DNA of 32,324 nucleotides from Octopus sinensis. Lineage: Eukaryota. Within the stretch, counting starts at the first letter, position 1. Every line of letters begins with the position of its first letter. The translations under genes were made by a program, and so were the position numbers. This document shows positions 1 through 10,234 of this stretch, piece after piece. The DNA lies in contig NW_021832305.1 in NCBI RefSeq assembly GCF_006345805.1, positions 1 through 32,324 of the forward strand. The letters run 5' to 3'. The notes under the pieces are model-generated. The model saw only the letters and a program-made list of their open reading frames with translations. It was not told the origin of the DNA and ran no database searches.

Positions 1-10
1 ATACGTACAA

Positions 11-140
11 CCACACACACACACACACACCACACACAATCACACACACACACACACACAGCACAAACACCACACACACATCACACATACACACCCACAC
101 ACACACACACACACACACATCACACGTACACGCACAACCA
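11..140. repeat. (CA)n microsatellite
   Basis: Directly visible. Confidence 0.95.
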
Positions 141-317
141 CCACCACCACCTTCACCGCCGTACTTATTCTCCCACCACCATCTCTATTGATACCAGACA
201 TCGTCACCACCACCACCACCACCACCATAAAACCGAATCAGCACGGGTTCTTTCGGGGGAACATGGCCCTTTTTTTTTTTTAAGATAAAGCGGGCCGCTT
301 ATCGTCAGGCGGGCCAC

Positions 318-529
318 ACTCTCTTTTACTCGTTTCAGTCATTTTTCACTGTGGCCATGCTGGAGCACCGCCCTTAGTCGAGCAAATCGACGCCAGGACT
401 TATTCTGTGTAAGCCCAGTACTTATTCTATCGGTCTCTTTTGCCGAACCGCAAAGTTATGGGGACGTTAACACACCACCATCGGCTGTCAAGCGATGTTG
501 AGGGGACAAACACAGACACACAAACGTAT

Positions 530-562
<33 letters not shown>

Positions 563-789
563 ATATATATATTATATATATATATATTGCTTGACAACAG
601 ATGCTGGTGTGTTTCCAACAGATGCTGGTGTGTTTACGTCCCCCCCCGTCACTTAGCGGTTCGGCAAAAAGAGACTGGGCTTACAAAGAATAAGTCCCGG
701 GGTCGATTTGCTCAACTAAAGGTGGTGCTCCAGCATGGCCGCAGTCAAATGACTGAAACAAAGAAAAGAGTAAAAGAGTATATATATAT

Positions 790-833
<44 letters not shown>

Positions 834-989
834 TACATATAAACGACGGGCTTCTTTCAGTTTCCGTCTACCAATCCACTCACAAGGCCTTGGTCGGCCC
901 GAGGCTATAGTAGAAGACACTCGCCCAAGGTGCCACGCGGTGGGACCGAACCCGGAACCATGTGGTTGGTAAGCAAGCTACTAACCACA
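318..989 (-). mobile_element. tRNA-derived SINE family A, interrupted in its internal microsatellite
   Basis: 3' half at about 318-540 and 5' half at about 843-989 (B-box GGTTCGGTCCC on minus) match the full-length copies at 19414 and 23576. Confidence 0.85.
587..780 (+). mobile_element. SINE family A 3' half, opposite orientation, nested in the element above
   Basis: TTGCTTGACAAC...GACTGAAACAAAGAAAAGAGTAAAAGAGTA, with a short local duplication and a deletion. Confidence 0.85.
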
Positions 990-1074
990 AGAAATATATA
1001 GTAACGTAATTTCTATCCTTTAGGCCTGCCAGTCGAAAAGTCCCGCGAGGCGCTTTTTACTCATCGCTGCTCCA

Positions 1075-1137
1075 TATTGGAGCTACACTTGGTTGAAATA
1101 ACAGCCAAATCTCCCTCAAACCACACCCTACTGTCCT
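1075..1137. repeat. Family D repeat fragment (module D2)
   Basis: GAAATAACAGCCAAATCTCCCTCAAACCACACCCTACTGTC resembles the units at 1281-1805. Confidence 0.7.
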
Positions 1138-1158
1138 GTGTGTGTGTGTCTGTGTGTA

Positions 1159-1259
1159 CAAGGTGGGCCAAAAGCCACGCACCATGACTAAAAGTCATTT
1201 AACAAATATATATATATATAGGACATAACGTTTCGGTGCGTGACTTTTGGCCCACACTG
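1159..1259. mobile_element. 101-bp MITE with Tc1/mariner-type TIRs
   Basis: CAAGGTGGGCCAAAAGCCACGCACC...GGTGCGTGACTTTTGGCCCACACTG imperfect TIRs; TA on the left and TC on the right (TSD degenerate). Confidence 0.7.
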
Positions 1260-1280
1260 TCTCGGTATATTCTAGATAGC

Positions 1281-1805
1281 GAGGGAGACCTCTACATGGT
1301 GGATAGAACTGCTAGAAATAGCAGCCAAAAACTTCCTCAATCACACCTTACTGTCTTCATGCAGGTCTGAGCCAACGAGAGAGACCCTTTATGTGGTTGA
1401 TAACTAGAACTGGTAGAAATAGCAGCCAAAACGCCCTCAATTACACCTTACTGTCTTTATGCATGTCTGAGCCAACGAGAGAGACCCTTTATGTGGTTGA
1501 TAACTAGAACTGGTAGAAATAGCAGCCAAAACGCCCTCAATTACACCTTACTGTCTCATGCATGTCTATATATGAGCCAACGAGAGAGACCCTTTATGTG
1601 GCTGATGATAACTAGACCTGCTAGAAATAGCAGCGAAATCTTCCTCGAATTACATCTTATGTATAAGCCAATGAGGAAGACGTCTACATGGTAGCTTCAC
1701 TTAAAAATAGCAGCCAAATTTCCCTCAAATCACACCCTACTGTCTATGTGGTGTCTAGACTCATTAGAAATAGAAGCTAATTCTATTTCAAATTACACCC
1801 TGCTG
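1281..1805. repeat. Tandem array of ~100-bp family D module D2
   Basis: GAAATAGCAGC recurs at 1315, 1416, 1516 and 1624, with shorter decayed units at about 1706 and 1767. Confidence 0.85.
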
Positions 1806-1812
1806 TCTTACT

Positions 1813-2495
1813 TATGTATGTATGTATGTATGTATGTATGTATGTATGTGTGTGTGCGTGTGTGTGTATGTATGTATGTATGTATACATGTATGTATGTA
1901 TGTATGTATGTATGTATGTATGTATGTATGTGTGTATGTATGTATGTATGTGTGTGTGTATGTATATATGCATGCACGTATGTATGTGTGTGTGGGGGGT
2001 TTTATTTATGTATAGATGTGGTGTGTGTGTATGTATATATGTATGTATGGTGGTGGTGTATGTATGTATGAGTATGTATGTGTGTGTGTATGTATGTATG
2101 TATGTATGTATGTGTGGTGTAATGTATGTATGTATGTATGTATGTGTGTGGGTTGTATGTATGTATGTATGTGTGTGTGTATGTATGTATGTATGTATGT
2201 GTGTGTGTATGTATATCATGTTGTATGTGTGGGTATGTATAATATGTATGTATGTGTGTGTGAATGTATGTATATATGTATGTGTTGTGTGTATGTTGTA
2301 TGTATGTATGTATGTGTGTGTATGTATGTATTATTATGTGTGTGTGATGTATTATATGTATGTATGTGTGTGTGTATGTATATATGTTGTATGTATGTGT
2401 GTGTGTAATGTATGTATATGTATGTGTGTGTGTATGTAGGTTGTATGTATGTATGTGTGTGTATGTATGTATGTATGTATGTATGTGTGTGTTTG
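1813..2495. repeat. (TATG)n/(TG)n compound microsatellite
   Basis: Directly visible. Confidence 0.95.
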
Positions 2496-2654
2496 GTTGT
2501 GAGCCAATGATGGAGACCGCTAGAAATAGCAGCCAAGTCACTCTCTAATCGCGCACTCTGCAGTGATGGAAAGTGACACGTTGTTTAATAAGATTCTTTC
2601 TGGCTTCCGCGCACATTGCATAATCAAAGGGACGGTCGCGCTTGGAATGTCGCA

Positions 2655-3830
2655 ACTACTGCCACTACCACCACCACCACCACCACCACCACCACTACTA
2701 CTTCTTCACACGTTATCACCACCACCACCACCACCACCACCACCTTATCACCACCACCACCACCTTATCACCACCACCACCACCACCACCTTATCACCAC
2801 CACCACCTTATCACCACCGCCACCATCTTCACCTATAGTACTTTAAGACATCCCCCCTCTCACTGCACCTCCATCACTACTCCTCGTCCCATGTGTATAC
2901 CCCTCACCCCACCTTATATCATCAACTACATATCTTACGCACACACACACACATACATACACATACATACACATACACATACACACACAAACAAGCACGC
3001 ATGTACATCACGACTATCACTAATGTCTTGCATTTACATCTTACCACGCCGCCACCACCACCACAGAGCCTGCCAGTTGCATCATCGTACGCCACGCCAC
3101 CGCCGTCACCACCACCACCACCACCACCACCATTATCGTTTCTAAACGACATCACGACTGTCACCGCCGCCACCACCACCACCTCCACCGCCACGCTGCC
3201 GCCGCCGTCGCTTTCACGCAACGACACAGCAGCACCACCACCACCACCGCCACCGCCGCTTTCACGCAACGACAGCACCAGCACCGCCGCCACCACCACC
3301 TCCACCAGCGCTATCATCACTATCATTCAACATCACAACGCCACTACCACCACCACCACCACCTCCACCTCCATCGCCTCCCCGCCGTCGCCACCACCAT
3401 CATCATCGCTATAGCTCAACGTCACGCCATCATCACCATCACCACCACTACCACCATCACCGCCGCTACCATCATTAGTGCTCCTTAACGACACCATCTC
3501 CACCACCACCACCTCCACCGTCGCCACCATTACCATCGTCATTCTTGCCCCCTAAACAACATCACGACTACCACGACTGCCACAACCACCACCACCGCTA
3601 TCACCATCACCACCATCACCACCACCACCAACCAAGACAACCACCCTTACTACCACTACTATCATATTGCCCCAAGTCTGCTAATACCACCACCACCACC
3701 ATCACCTCCACCACAGTTACTAGCGCCGCTCGCCTCTGCTGTCACCACCACCACCACCACCACCGCTCCTAAGCGACAACGTGCCTGCCGCCGCCGCCGC
3801 CTCTGCCTCTGCCTCTACCGCTGCCACGAC
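2655..3830. repeat. CAC/CCG/CAT-rich low-complexity region, relatively CpG-rich
   Basis: Runs of (CAC)n and (GCC)n, a CA block at about 2940-2990, and many CpGs upstream of the candidate exon. Confidence 0.85.
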
Positions 3831-3974
3831 CACTACTATTACGGCGGGGGAAGAAAAACACACACACACACACAGACACCAACAATTATCATAAGCGAGT
3901 TGTGACCGGTGGCGTTAGGGACGGCAAGTAACATTGCTCTCTCTCTCTCACCTCCTCCTCCACGTCTCCCTCAG

Positions 3975-4131
3975 TGTCACAACAGCAACAACAACTATTA
4001 CTACTAATACTACTACAAGATGGGATGTACCACCAGCTCCTCGACGACGGGTTCGACTCCAGGCCCCGGCTCTAAGTTTAACGGACAGCAACCGGGCGAA
4101 AAACCTGGTAGTAACGGGAATATACAGAATG
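3975..4131 (+). other. Candidate start-codon-containing exon of an unidentified host gene
   Basis: Branch-like TAAC (3929-3932) and a long pyrimidine tract (about 3937-3972) precede CAG at 3972-3974. The donor is AATG|GTAGGT at 4131/4132. The DNA between them is unique, GC/CpG-rich and non-repetitive. Confidence 0.6.
4020..4131 (+). CDS. Partial CDS (first coding exon): MGCTTSSSTTGSTPGPGSKFNGQQPGEKPGSNGNIQN plus 1 nt, phase-1 intron; predicted N-myristoylated/palmitoylated N-terminus
   Basis: ATG in a strong Kozak context (AAGATGG), an in-frame upstream TAA at 4005-4007, and an MGCxxS motif (Gly2, Cys3, Ser6). Unspliced, it is a 39-codon ORF, too short for the track. A second frame (track ORF 3934-4185) is also open across the exon, so the frame is inferred. 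Confidence 0.55.
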
Positions 4132-4184
4132 GTAGGTGAATGTTTGCTGCTGTTGTTGTTATTGTTGTTATTATTATTGTTGTA

Positions 4185-4289
4185 GTTTTAGCCCCAGGTC
4201 GACCTCGATCCAGCAGAGTTATGATCAAAGAGCTTTCCATTTGGAAGAAGACCATTTGGTGACTTGGCTGCTATTTCTAGCGGTCTCCA
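4185..4289. repeat. Family D fragment (D1 and D2 modules joined)
   Basis: TTAGCCCCAGGTC...TATGATCAAAG followed by GGCTGCTATTTCTAGC. Confidence 0.7.
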
Positions 4290-4364
4290 AATGCGTAAAC
4301 TAGCTTTACCTCGAAGTTATTCTAACGTGTTCCCTCCTTGCTGTTACTTAGCGCCAGAAAGATA

Positions 4365-5100
4365 GCGAGCTTGGCAGAATCGTCAGCGTGCCGGACGAAA
4401 TGCTTAGCGACAGTTTTTCCGGCCCTACACGTTCTGAGTTCAAATTTCACACTGAGGTCGACTATGTCTTTCATCCTTTCGGCGCCGACGTTCTGAGTTT
4501 AAATTCCGCCGAGGTCGACTTTGCCTTTCATCCTTTCGGGGTCGATTAAATAAGTACCAGTTACGCACTGGGGTCGATGTAATCGCCTTAATCCGTTTGT
4601 CTGTCCTTGTTTGTCCCCTCTGTGTTTAGCCCCGTGGGTAATAAAGAAATAGGTATTTCGTCTGCCGCTACGTTCTGAGTTCAAATTCCGCCGAGGTCGA
4701 CTTTGCCTTTCATCCTTTCGGGGTCGATTAAATAAGTACCAGTTACGCACTGGGGTCGCTGTAATCGCCCTAATCCGTTTGTCTGTCCTTGCTTGTCCCC
4801 TCTGTGTTTAGCCCCTTGTGGGTAGTAAAGAAATGGGTATTTCGTCTGTCGTTACGTTCTGAGTTCAAATTCCGCCGAGGTCGACTTTGCCTTTCATCCT
4901 CTCGGGGTCGATTAAATAAGTACCAGTTACGCACTGGGGTCGATATAATCGACTCAATCCGTTTGTCTGTCCTTGTTTGTCCCCTCTATGTTTAGCCCCT
5001 TGTGGGTAGTAAAAAAATAGATAAATAAAATCACAGTTGAGCCCTGGGGGACGATGTAATCGACGGGGCCCCTTTCCCCTAAAAGTTTAAACTTTGTGCT
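4365..5100 (+). mobile_element. SINE family C concatemer: head, partial unit, three body+tail units, and a decayed alternative-tail remnant
   Basis: B-box GAGTTCAAATTCC; central TTTGCCTTTCATCCTTTCGGGGTCGATTAAATAAGTACC; units start at about 4488, 4652 and 4836 (184-bp period). Confidence 0.85.
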
Positions 5101-5103
5101 TAC

Positions 5104-5151
<48 letters not shown>

Positions 5152-5159
5152 TGTTATAT

Positions 5160-7228
5160 ATTTTATGGAGATGTTGTATAAGTGTATCTAGGACTACATC
5201 AATTAATGTAAACCTTGTTTTTTGCTGCTGTTGTTTGACTACAGGTCAGTCCTGCCATAGCAGGCTTTCGGTCCGTGACCATCCCGCCTATTATGCAGTG
5301 TTTAAGCGTATCTTGGACTACATCGTCCAAGATACCCCTCCTTGTTGTTTCACTCCAGGCCAAACCTGTTACAGCAGGCCTTCCGTCTGTGACCATCCCG
5401 ACTTTTATACAGACTGTGTACAAGTGTATCTAGGGCTACTTCGTCCAATGTACCCCCCCCCCCTTGTTGTTTCACTTCAGGCCAACCCTGTTACAGCAGG
5501 CCTTCCGTCTGTGACCATGCTGCCTTTTATACAAACTGTGTACAAGTGTATCTAGGGCTACTTCGTCCAATGTACCCCCCCCTTGTTGTTTTACTCCAGG
5601 CCAACCCTGTTACAGTAGGCCTTCCGTCTGTGACCATCCTGCCTTTTATACAGACTATGTACAAGTGTATCTAGGGCTACTTCGTCCAATGTACCCCCCC
5701 CCCCCCCTTGTTGTTTCACTTCAGGCCAACCCTGTTACAGCAGGCCTTCCGTCTGTGACCATGCTGCCTTTTATACAAACTGTGTACAAGTGTATCTAGG
5801 GCTACTTCGTCCAATGTACCCCCCCTTGTTGTTTTACTCCAGGCCAACCCTGTTACAGCAGGCCTTCCGTCTGTGACCATCCTGCCTTTTATACAGACTA
5901 TGTACAAGTGTATCTAGGGCTACTTCGTCCAATGTACCCCCCCCCTTGTTGTTTCACTCCAGGCCAACCTGTTACAGCAGGCCTTCCGTCTGTGACCATG
6001 CTGCCTTTTATACAAACTGTGTACAAGTGTATCTAGGGCTACTTCGTCCAATGTACCCCCCCCCTTGTTGTTTTACTCCAGGCCAACCCTGTTACAGTAG
6101 GCCTTCCGTCTGTGACCATCCTGCCTTTTATACAGACTATGTACAAGTGTATCTAGGGCTACTTCGTCCAATGTACCCCCCCTTGTTGTTTTACTCCAGG
6201 CCAACCCTGTTACAGTAGGCCTTCCGTCTGTGACCATCCTGCCTTTTATACAGACTATGTACAAGTGTATCTAGGGCTACTTCGTCCAATGTACCCCCCC
6301 CCCTTGTTGTTTCACTCCAGGCCAACCCTGTTACAGCAGGCCTTCCGTCTGTGACCATCCTGCCTTTTATACAGACTGTGTACAAGTGTATCTAGGACTA
6401 CATTATCTGATGTGTCTTTTGTTATTGTTGCTGTTGTTTAGCCACAGGTCGGTCCTGTTGCAGTAGACGTTCAGCCTGTGACCATCCCGCCTTTTATAGA
6501 GACATTGTATAGGTGCATCTAGGACTACATTATCCAATGTACTCTGCCTTGTTTATCTCCAAATCAGCCACTGATCCAACAGACTTATGATCAATGGTGT
6601 TCCATATGTGACCACCCTGTCTGAAGTCTGGCATAGTGATAGTGATCAGGGACTATGTTACCTAATGTGCCCTTTCCTGTTTAACTCCCGGTCAGCCTCT
6701 GCAATCATAGACATTCCACTTGTGACCATCCTGTCTTTTATTCAGGCATTGCATATCTAGGACTACAATACTTAATGTGTCCTTCTTTGTATTAGTTTTT
6801 GTTTAGCCCTAGGCCAGCTTCTGATCCTGTACACCTATGATCATAGATATGGTCATCCTGTCTTGTCTTTTATTCAAGCAACGTGTATCTAGGACTACAC
6901 TATTTTAATGTAGCCTGCCTCATAGTAGTTGCTGTTTAGCCCTAGGTCAACCCCTGATCCTGTAGATCTATGATCAAAGGTGTTCCAGTTGTGACCCTCC
7001 TGTTTTTTATTCAAGCAATGTAGCTTGCCTCATAGTAATTGTTGATTAGCCCTTGGTCAGCCTCTGGTCAGTCCCTGACCCTACAGACTTATGATCAATG
7101 GCGTTCCAGTAGTGACCATCTCGTCTTTTATTCAAACATTGCATAACTAGGACTAAACCATCTAATATACATGTGTGTTCCTATTTGTTGCTGTTTTTTA
7201 GCCCTAGGTCAAACCTGATCCAGTAGCC
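5160..7228. repeat. ~120-bp satellite made of family D module D1: homogeneous core (about 5330-6400) with diverged flanking units
   Basis: GTATCTAGGGCTAC at 5426, 5548, 5667, 5792, 5910, 6029, 6149 and 6267; GTATCTAGGACTAC-type older units on both sides. Confidence 0.9.
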
Positions 7229-7269
7229 CTTCAAGAAGCTGTCTTGAGTGGCTGTGTGGTAAGTAGCTT

Positions 7270-7642
7270 GAAGTTGTCTGTGTGTGGCAGGTTGGCAGCC
7301 TTCAGCTAACACTATCTCCTCCGAGACCCTGCGGTGCAAGTTGACCAAAATTCAGAGTATGATAGAAGAAGGCTTCCTCTTCATTCTGTAGAAGAAAAAA
7401 ATTCAAATTGGACCATGTTAACACCAAAAATTATTTACATCAAAAAGGTGCTTTTTTTGCTATAAAAATCCCTATTTTTTACGATTTTTGCCTGCTGTGT
7501 CGCCATTTTTCGGTGTATTTCAACTGGAAAAATGTTCACTTGAAGAGAATAACAAGTTGCATAATGCAAAATTTTTACTTTTCAAAAATTCCAATTCTAA
7601 AGGGTCGAAACAAACCCAAGCAACACCGGGTGATACTGCTAG
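7270..7642 (+). mobile_element. Non-autonomous Helitron, 5' end clipped
   Basis: Ends in the hairpin CCCAAGCAACACCGGG, then TGATACTG-CTAG|T; same family as 26674-28594. Confidence 0.8.
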
Positions 7643-7770
7643 TTTTCTATAAAGATATTTCTGTTACAGCAACTCAGTGTTGAATCTATCTGAAATGTAA
7701 TGGAAAAAAGGGTCAGTTTCAAAACATTGATATGTCCAGGTGGCAAAAGCTTATTTTGAAGGGAGTTGTA

Positions 7771-7916
7771 GTATTTCGCCCGGTGTGCTAACGTTTCTTA
7801 TTTCTTTATTGCCCACACGGGGCTAAACATAGAGGGGACAAACAACGACAGACAAAGGGATTAAGTCGATTACATCAAACCCAAGTGCATAACTGGTACT
7901 TGTTTAATCGACCCCG
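7771..7916 (-). mobile_element. SINE family C fragment spanning a tail-to-head junction
   Basis: Minus strand reads ...GGGCAATAAAGAAATA|AGAAACGTTAGCACACCGGGCGAAATAC. Confidence 0.8.
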
Positions 7917-8315
7917 ATTTCTAGATACAAGCAAATAGGAAAATGACACTTTACTGACCAAAGACAACAAACAAGGAAACAAATTTTAAATTTTGTTACG
8001 CTGGGTAACGTATGAATGGTGGAGGACCAACACCGACCAAGTTCTGATAAGGGGTTGGCGTTACTATGGTAACTGTTTGTTTATCTATCTCCAGCCCATA
8101 CTGGAGTACTACATTTTAGCGTTTCCTTGATGACGTAAACACACCAACCAATGGTGGTACAGAAGCACAAATACAAAGACAGACAGACAGACACAGACAC
8201 ACACACACACACTCATATATACGTATGTATGTATGTATCTATATATATATTATATATATATATATATGTATATATGTACATATATATACATGCATACACA
8301 CACACACACACACAC

Positions 8316-8375
<60 letters not shown>

Positions 8376-8376
<1 letters not shown>

Positions 8377-8682
8377 TTTTTGTTTGTTCCTTCTCGAGCC
8401 ATGCCTGGCTCATAAGGGCCGGTTTCCCGGTTTCCTTGGCGTCTAGGTTCCCCACCTGGACGGGACGCCGGTCCGTCACAGGTGAGCTGCAAGATGCAGG
8501 AGGAAAGAGTGAGAGAAAGTTGTGGCGAAAGAGTCAGCAGAAGTTTCACCGTTACCTTCTGCCAGAGCTGCGTGGAGCTTATGTGTTTCGCTCATAAACA
8601 CACATCGCCCGGTCTGAGATTCGAACCCGCGATCCCTCGACCGTGAGTCCGCTGCCCTAACCACTAGGCCATGTGCTTCCAC
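8376..8682 (-). mobile_element. tRNA-derived SINE family B, full length
   Basis: A-box TGGCCTAGTGG and B-box GGTTCGAATC in the head, followed by a ~230-bp non-tRNA body. Confidence 0.85.
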
Positions 8683-8817
8683 TATATACATATATATACA
8701 ATAAATTCAGGGTGAATACTTGATAAATGTAAGCACCTGTATATGCCAGCTAGTAGCATAGGTGAGAGGATATATGTATCAATTGAAATAAATGAAAAAC
8801 AGGACACAAAGGATGTT

Positions 8818-8894
8818 GCGGTACATATGTTTCGGGCTTTATAGAACAATGCATAATCGACATAACAGATAGTTCAAAAGCCTTCTTCAGCCGC
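8818..8894 (-). ncRNA. Type I hammerhead ribozyme motif (Penelope-like-element type)
   Basis: GCGG-CUGAAGA-A-GGCUUU...AAAGCC-C-GAAA-C-AUAU-GUA-CCGC. Stem I is GCGG/CCGC, stem II is GGCUUU/AAAGCC extended by GAAC/GUUC, stem III is the palindrome ACAUAUGU, and the cleavage triplet is GUA. The base of stem II is a non-canonical A.C. Confidence 0.65.
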
Positions 8895-9066
8895 GTGCAA
8901 TTGCTACACCAAAGACTTGTATCACATTATGAAAGGTTTGAGTAAAAAACATTTGGTATTATTATAATGGTAGGTAACCATTATATATGTATATACACAC
9001 ATATACACACATATACATATCAATTAACGTCCGCTTTCCATGCTAGCATGGGTTGGAAATATATAT

Positions 9067-9121
<55 letters not shown>

Positions 9122-9123
<2 letters not shown>

Positions 9124-9347
9124 CTCCTTTACTCTTTACTTGTTTCAGTCTTTGACTGCGGCCATGCTGGAGCACCGCCTTTAGTCGAGGCAAATCGACC
9201 CCGGGACTTATTCTTTGTAAGCCCAGTACTTATTCTATCAGTCTCTTTTGCCGAACCGCAAAGTGACGGGGACGTAAACACACCAGCATCGGGTGTCAAG
9301 CAATGCTAGGGGGACAAACACAGACATACAAACATATACACACACGC
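9122..9347 (-). mobile_element. SINE family A 3' half
   Basis: Reverse complement of the family A 3' half. Confidence 0.85.
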
Positions 9348-9490
9348 TATATATATATATATATATTATATATATATGTATATATGTACATATATATACA
9401 TGCATACACACACACACACACACACACAATATATATATTATATATATATATATTATATATATATTATATATATATATATATATATACATA

Positions 9491-9795
9491 TTTTGTGTTG
9501 TTCCTTCTCGAGCCATGCCTGGCTCATAAGGGCCGGTTTCCCGGTTCCTGGCGTCTAGGTTCCCCACCTGGACGGGACGCCGGTCCGTCACAGGTGAGCT
9601 GCAAGATGCAGGAGGAAAGAGTGAGAGAAAGTTGTGGCGAAAGAGTCAGCAGAAGTTTCACCGTCCTACCTTCGGCCAGAGCTGCGTGGAGCTTATGTGT
9701 TTCGCTCATAAACACACATCGCCCGGTCTGAGATTCGAACCCCGATCCCTCGACCGTGAGTCCGCTGCCCTAACCACTAGGCCATGTGCTTCCAC
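9491..9795 (-). mobile_element. SINE family B, duplicated copy
   Basis: Near-identical to 8376-8682 apart from small indels. Confidence 0.85.
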
Positions 9796-9931
9796 TATTA
9801 TACATATATATACAATAAATTCAGGGTGAATACTTGATAAATGTAAGCACCTGTATATGCCAGCTAGTAGCATAGGTGAGAGGATATATGTATCAATTGA
9901 AATAAATGAAAAACAGGACACAAAGGATGTT

Positions 9932-10007
9932 GCGGGAACATAGTTTGGGCTTTATAGAACAATGCATAATCGACATAACAGATAGTTCAAAAGCCTTCTT
10001 CAGCCGC
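9932..10007 (-). ncRNA. Disrupted duplicate of the hammerhead motif
   Basis: CUGAAGA and stems I/II are retained; GAAA reads CAAA, and the stem III palindrome and GUA are altered. Confidence 0.45.
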
Positions 10008-10168
10008 GTTGGCAATTGCTACACCAAAGACTTGTATCACATTATGAAAGGTTTGAGTAAAAAACATTGGTATTATTATAATGGTAGGTAACCATTATAT
10101 ATGTATATACACACATATACACACTATACATATCAATTAACGTCCGCTTTCCATGTAGCATGGGTTGG

Positions 10169-10231
<63 letters not shown>

Positions 10232-10234
<3 letters not shown>

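Noticed and set aside
1602-1630. CTGATGA...GAAA as a hammerhead
   Set aside because: No G-C-closed stem II and no stem I/III pairing; sister units read GTTGATA, so it is a chance mutation
40-3772. Many ORFs rich in V/C/Y/M, H/T or poly-Pro/His
   Set aside because: They are translations of CA, TATG and CAC microsatellites, open in several frames on both strands
5330-6400. CRISPR-like regular repeats (also the 10479 and 13037 arrays)
   Set aside because: Whole units repeat with no unique spacers, the context is eukaryotic, and there are no cas genes
8600-8682. tRNA-like sequence (also at 9715-9795)
   Set aside because: It is a SINE head: A/B boxes are present, but I see no paired acceptor stem and it continues into a SINE body
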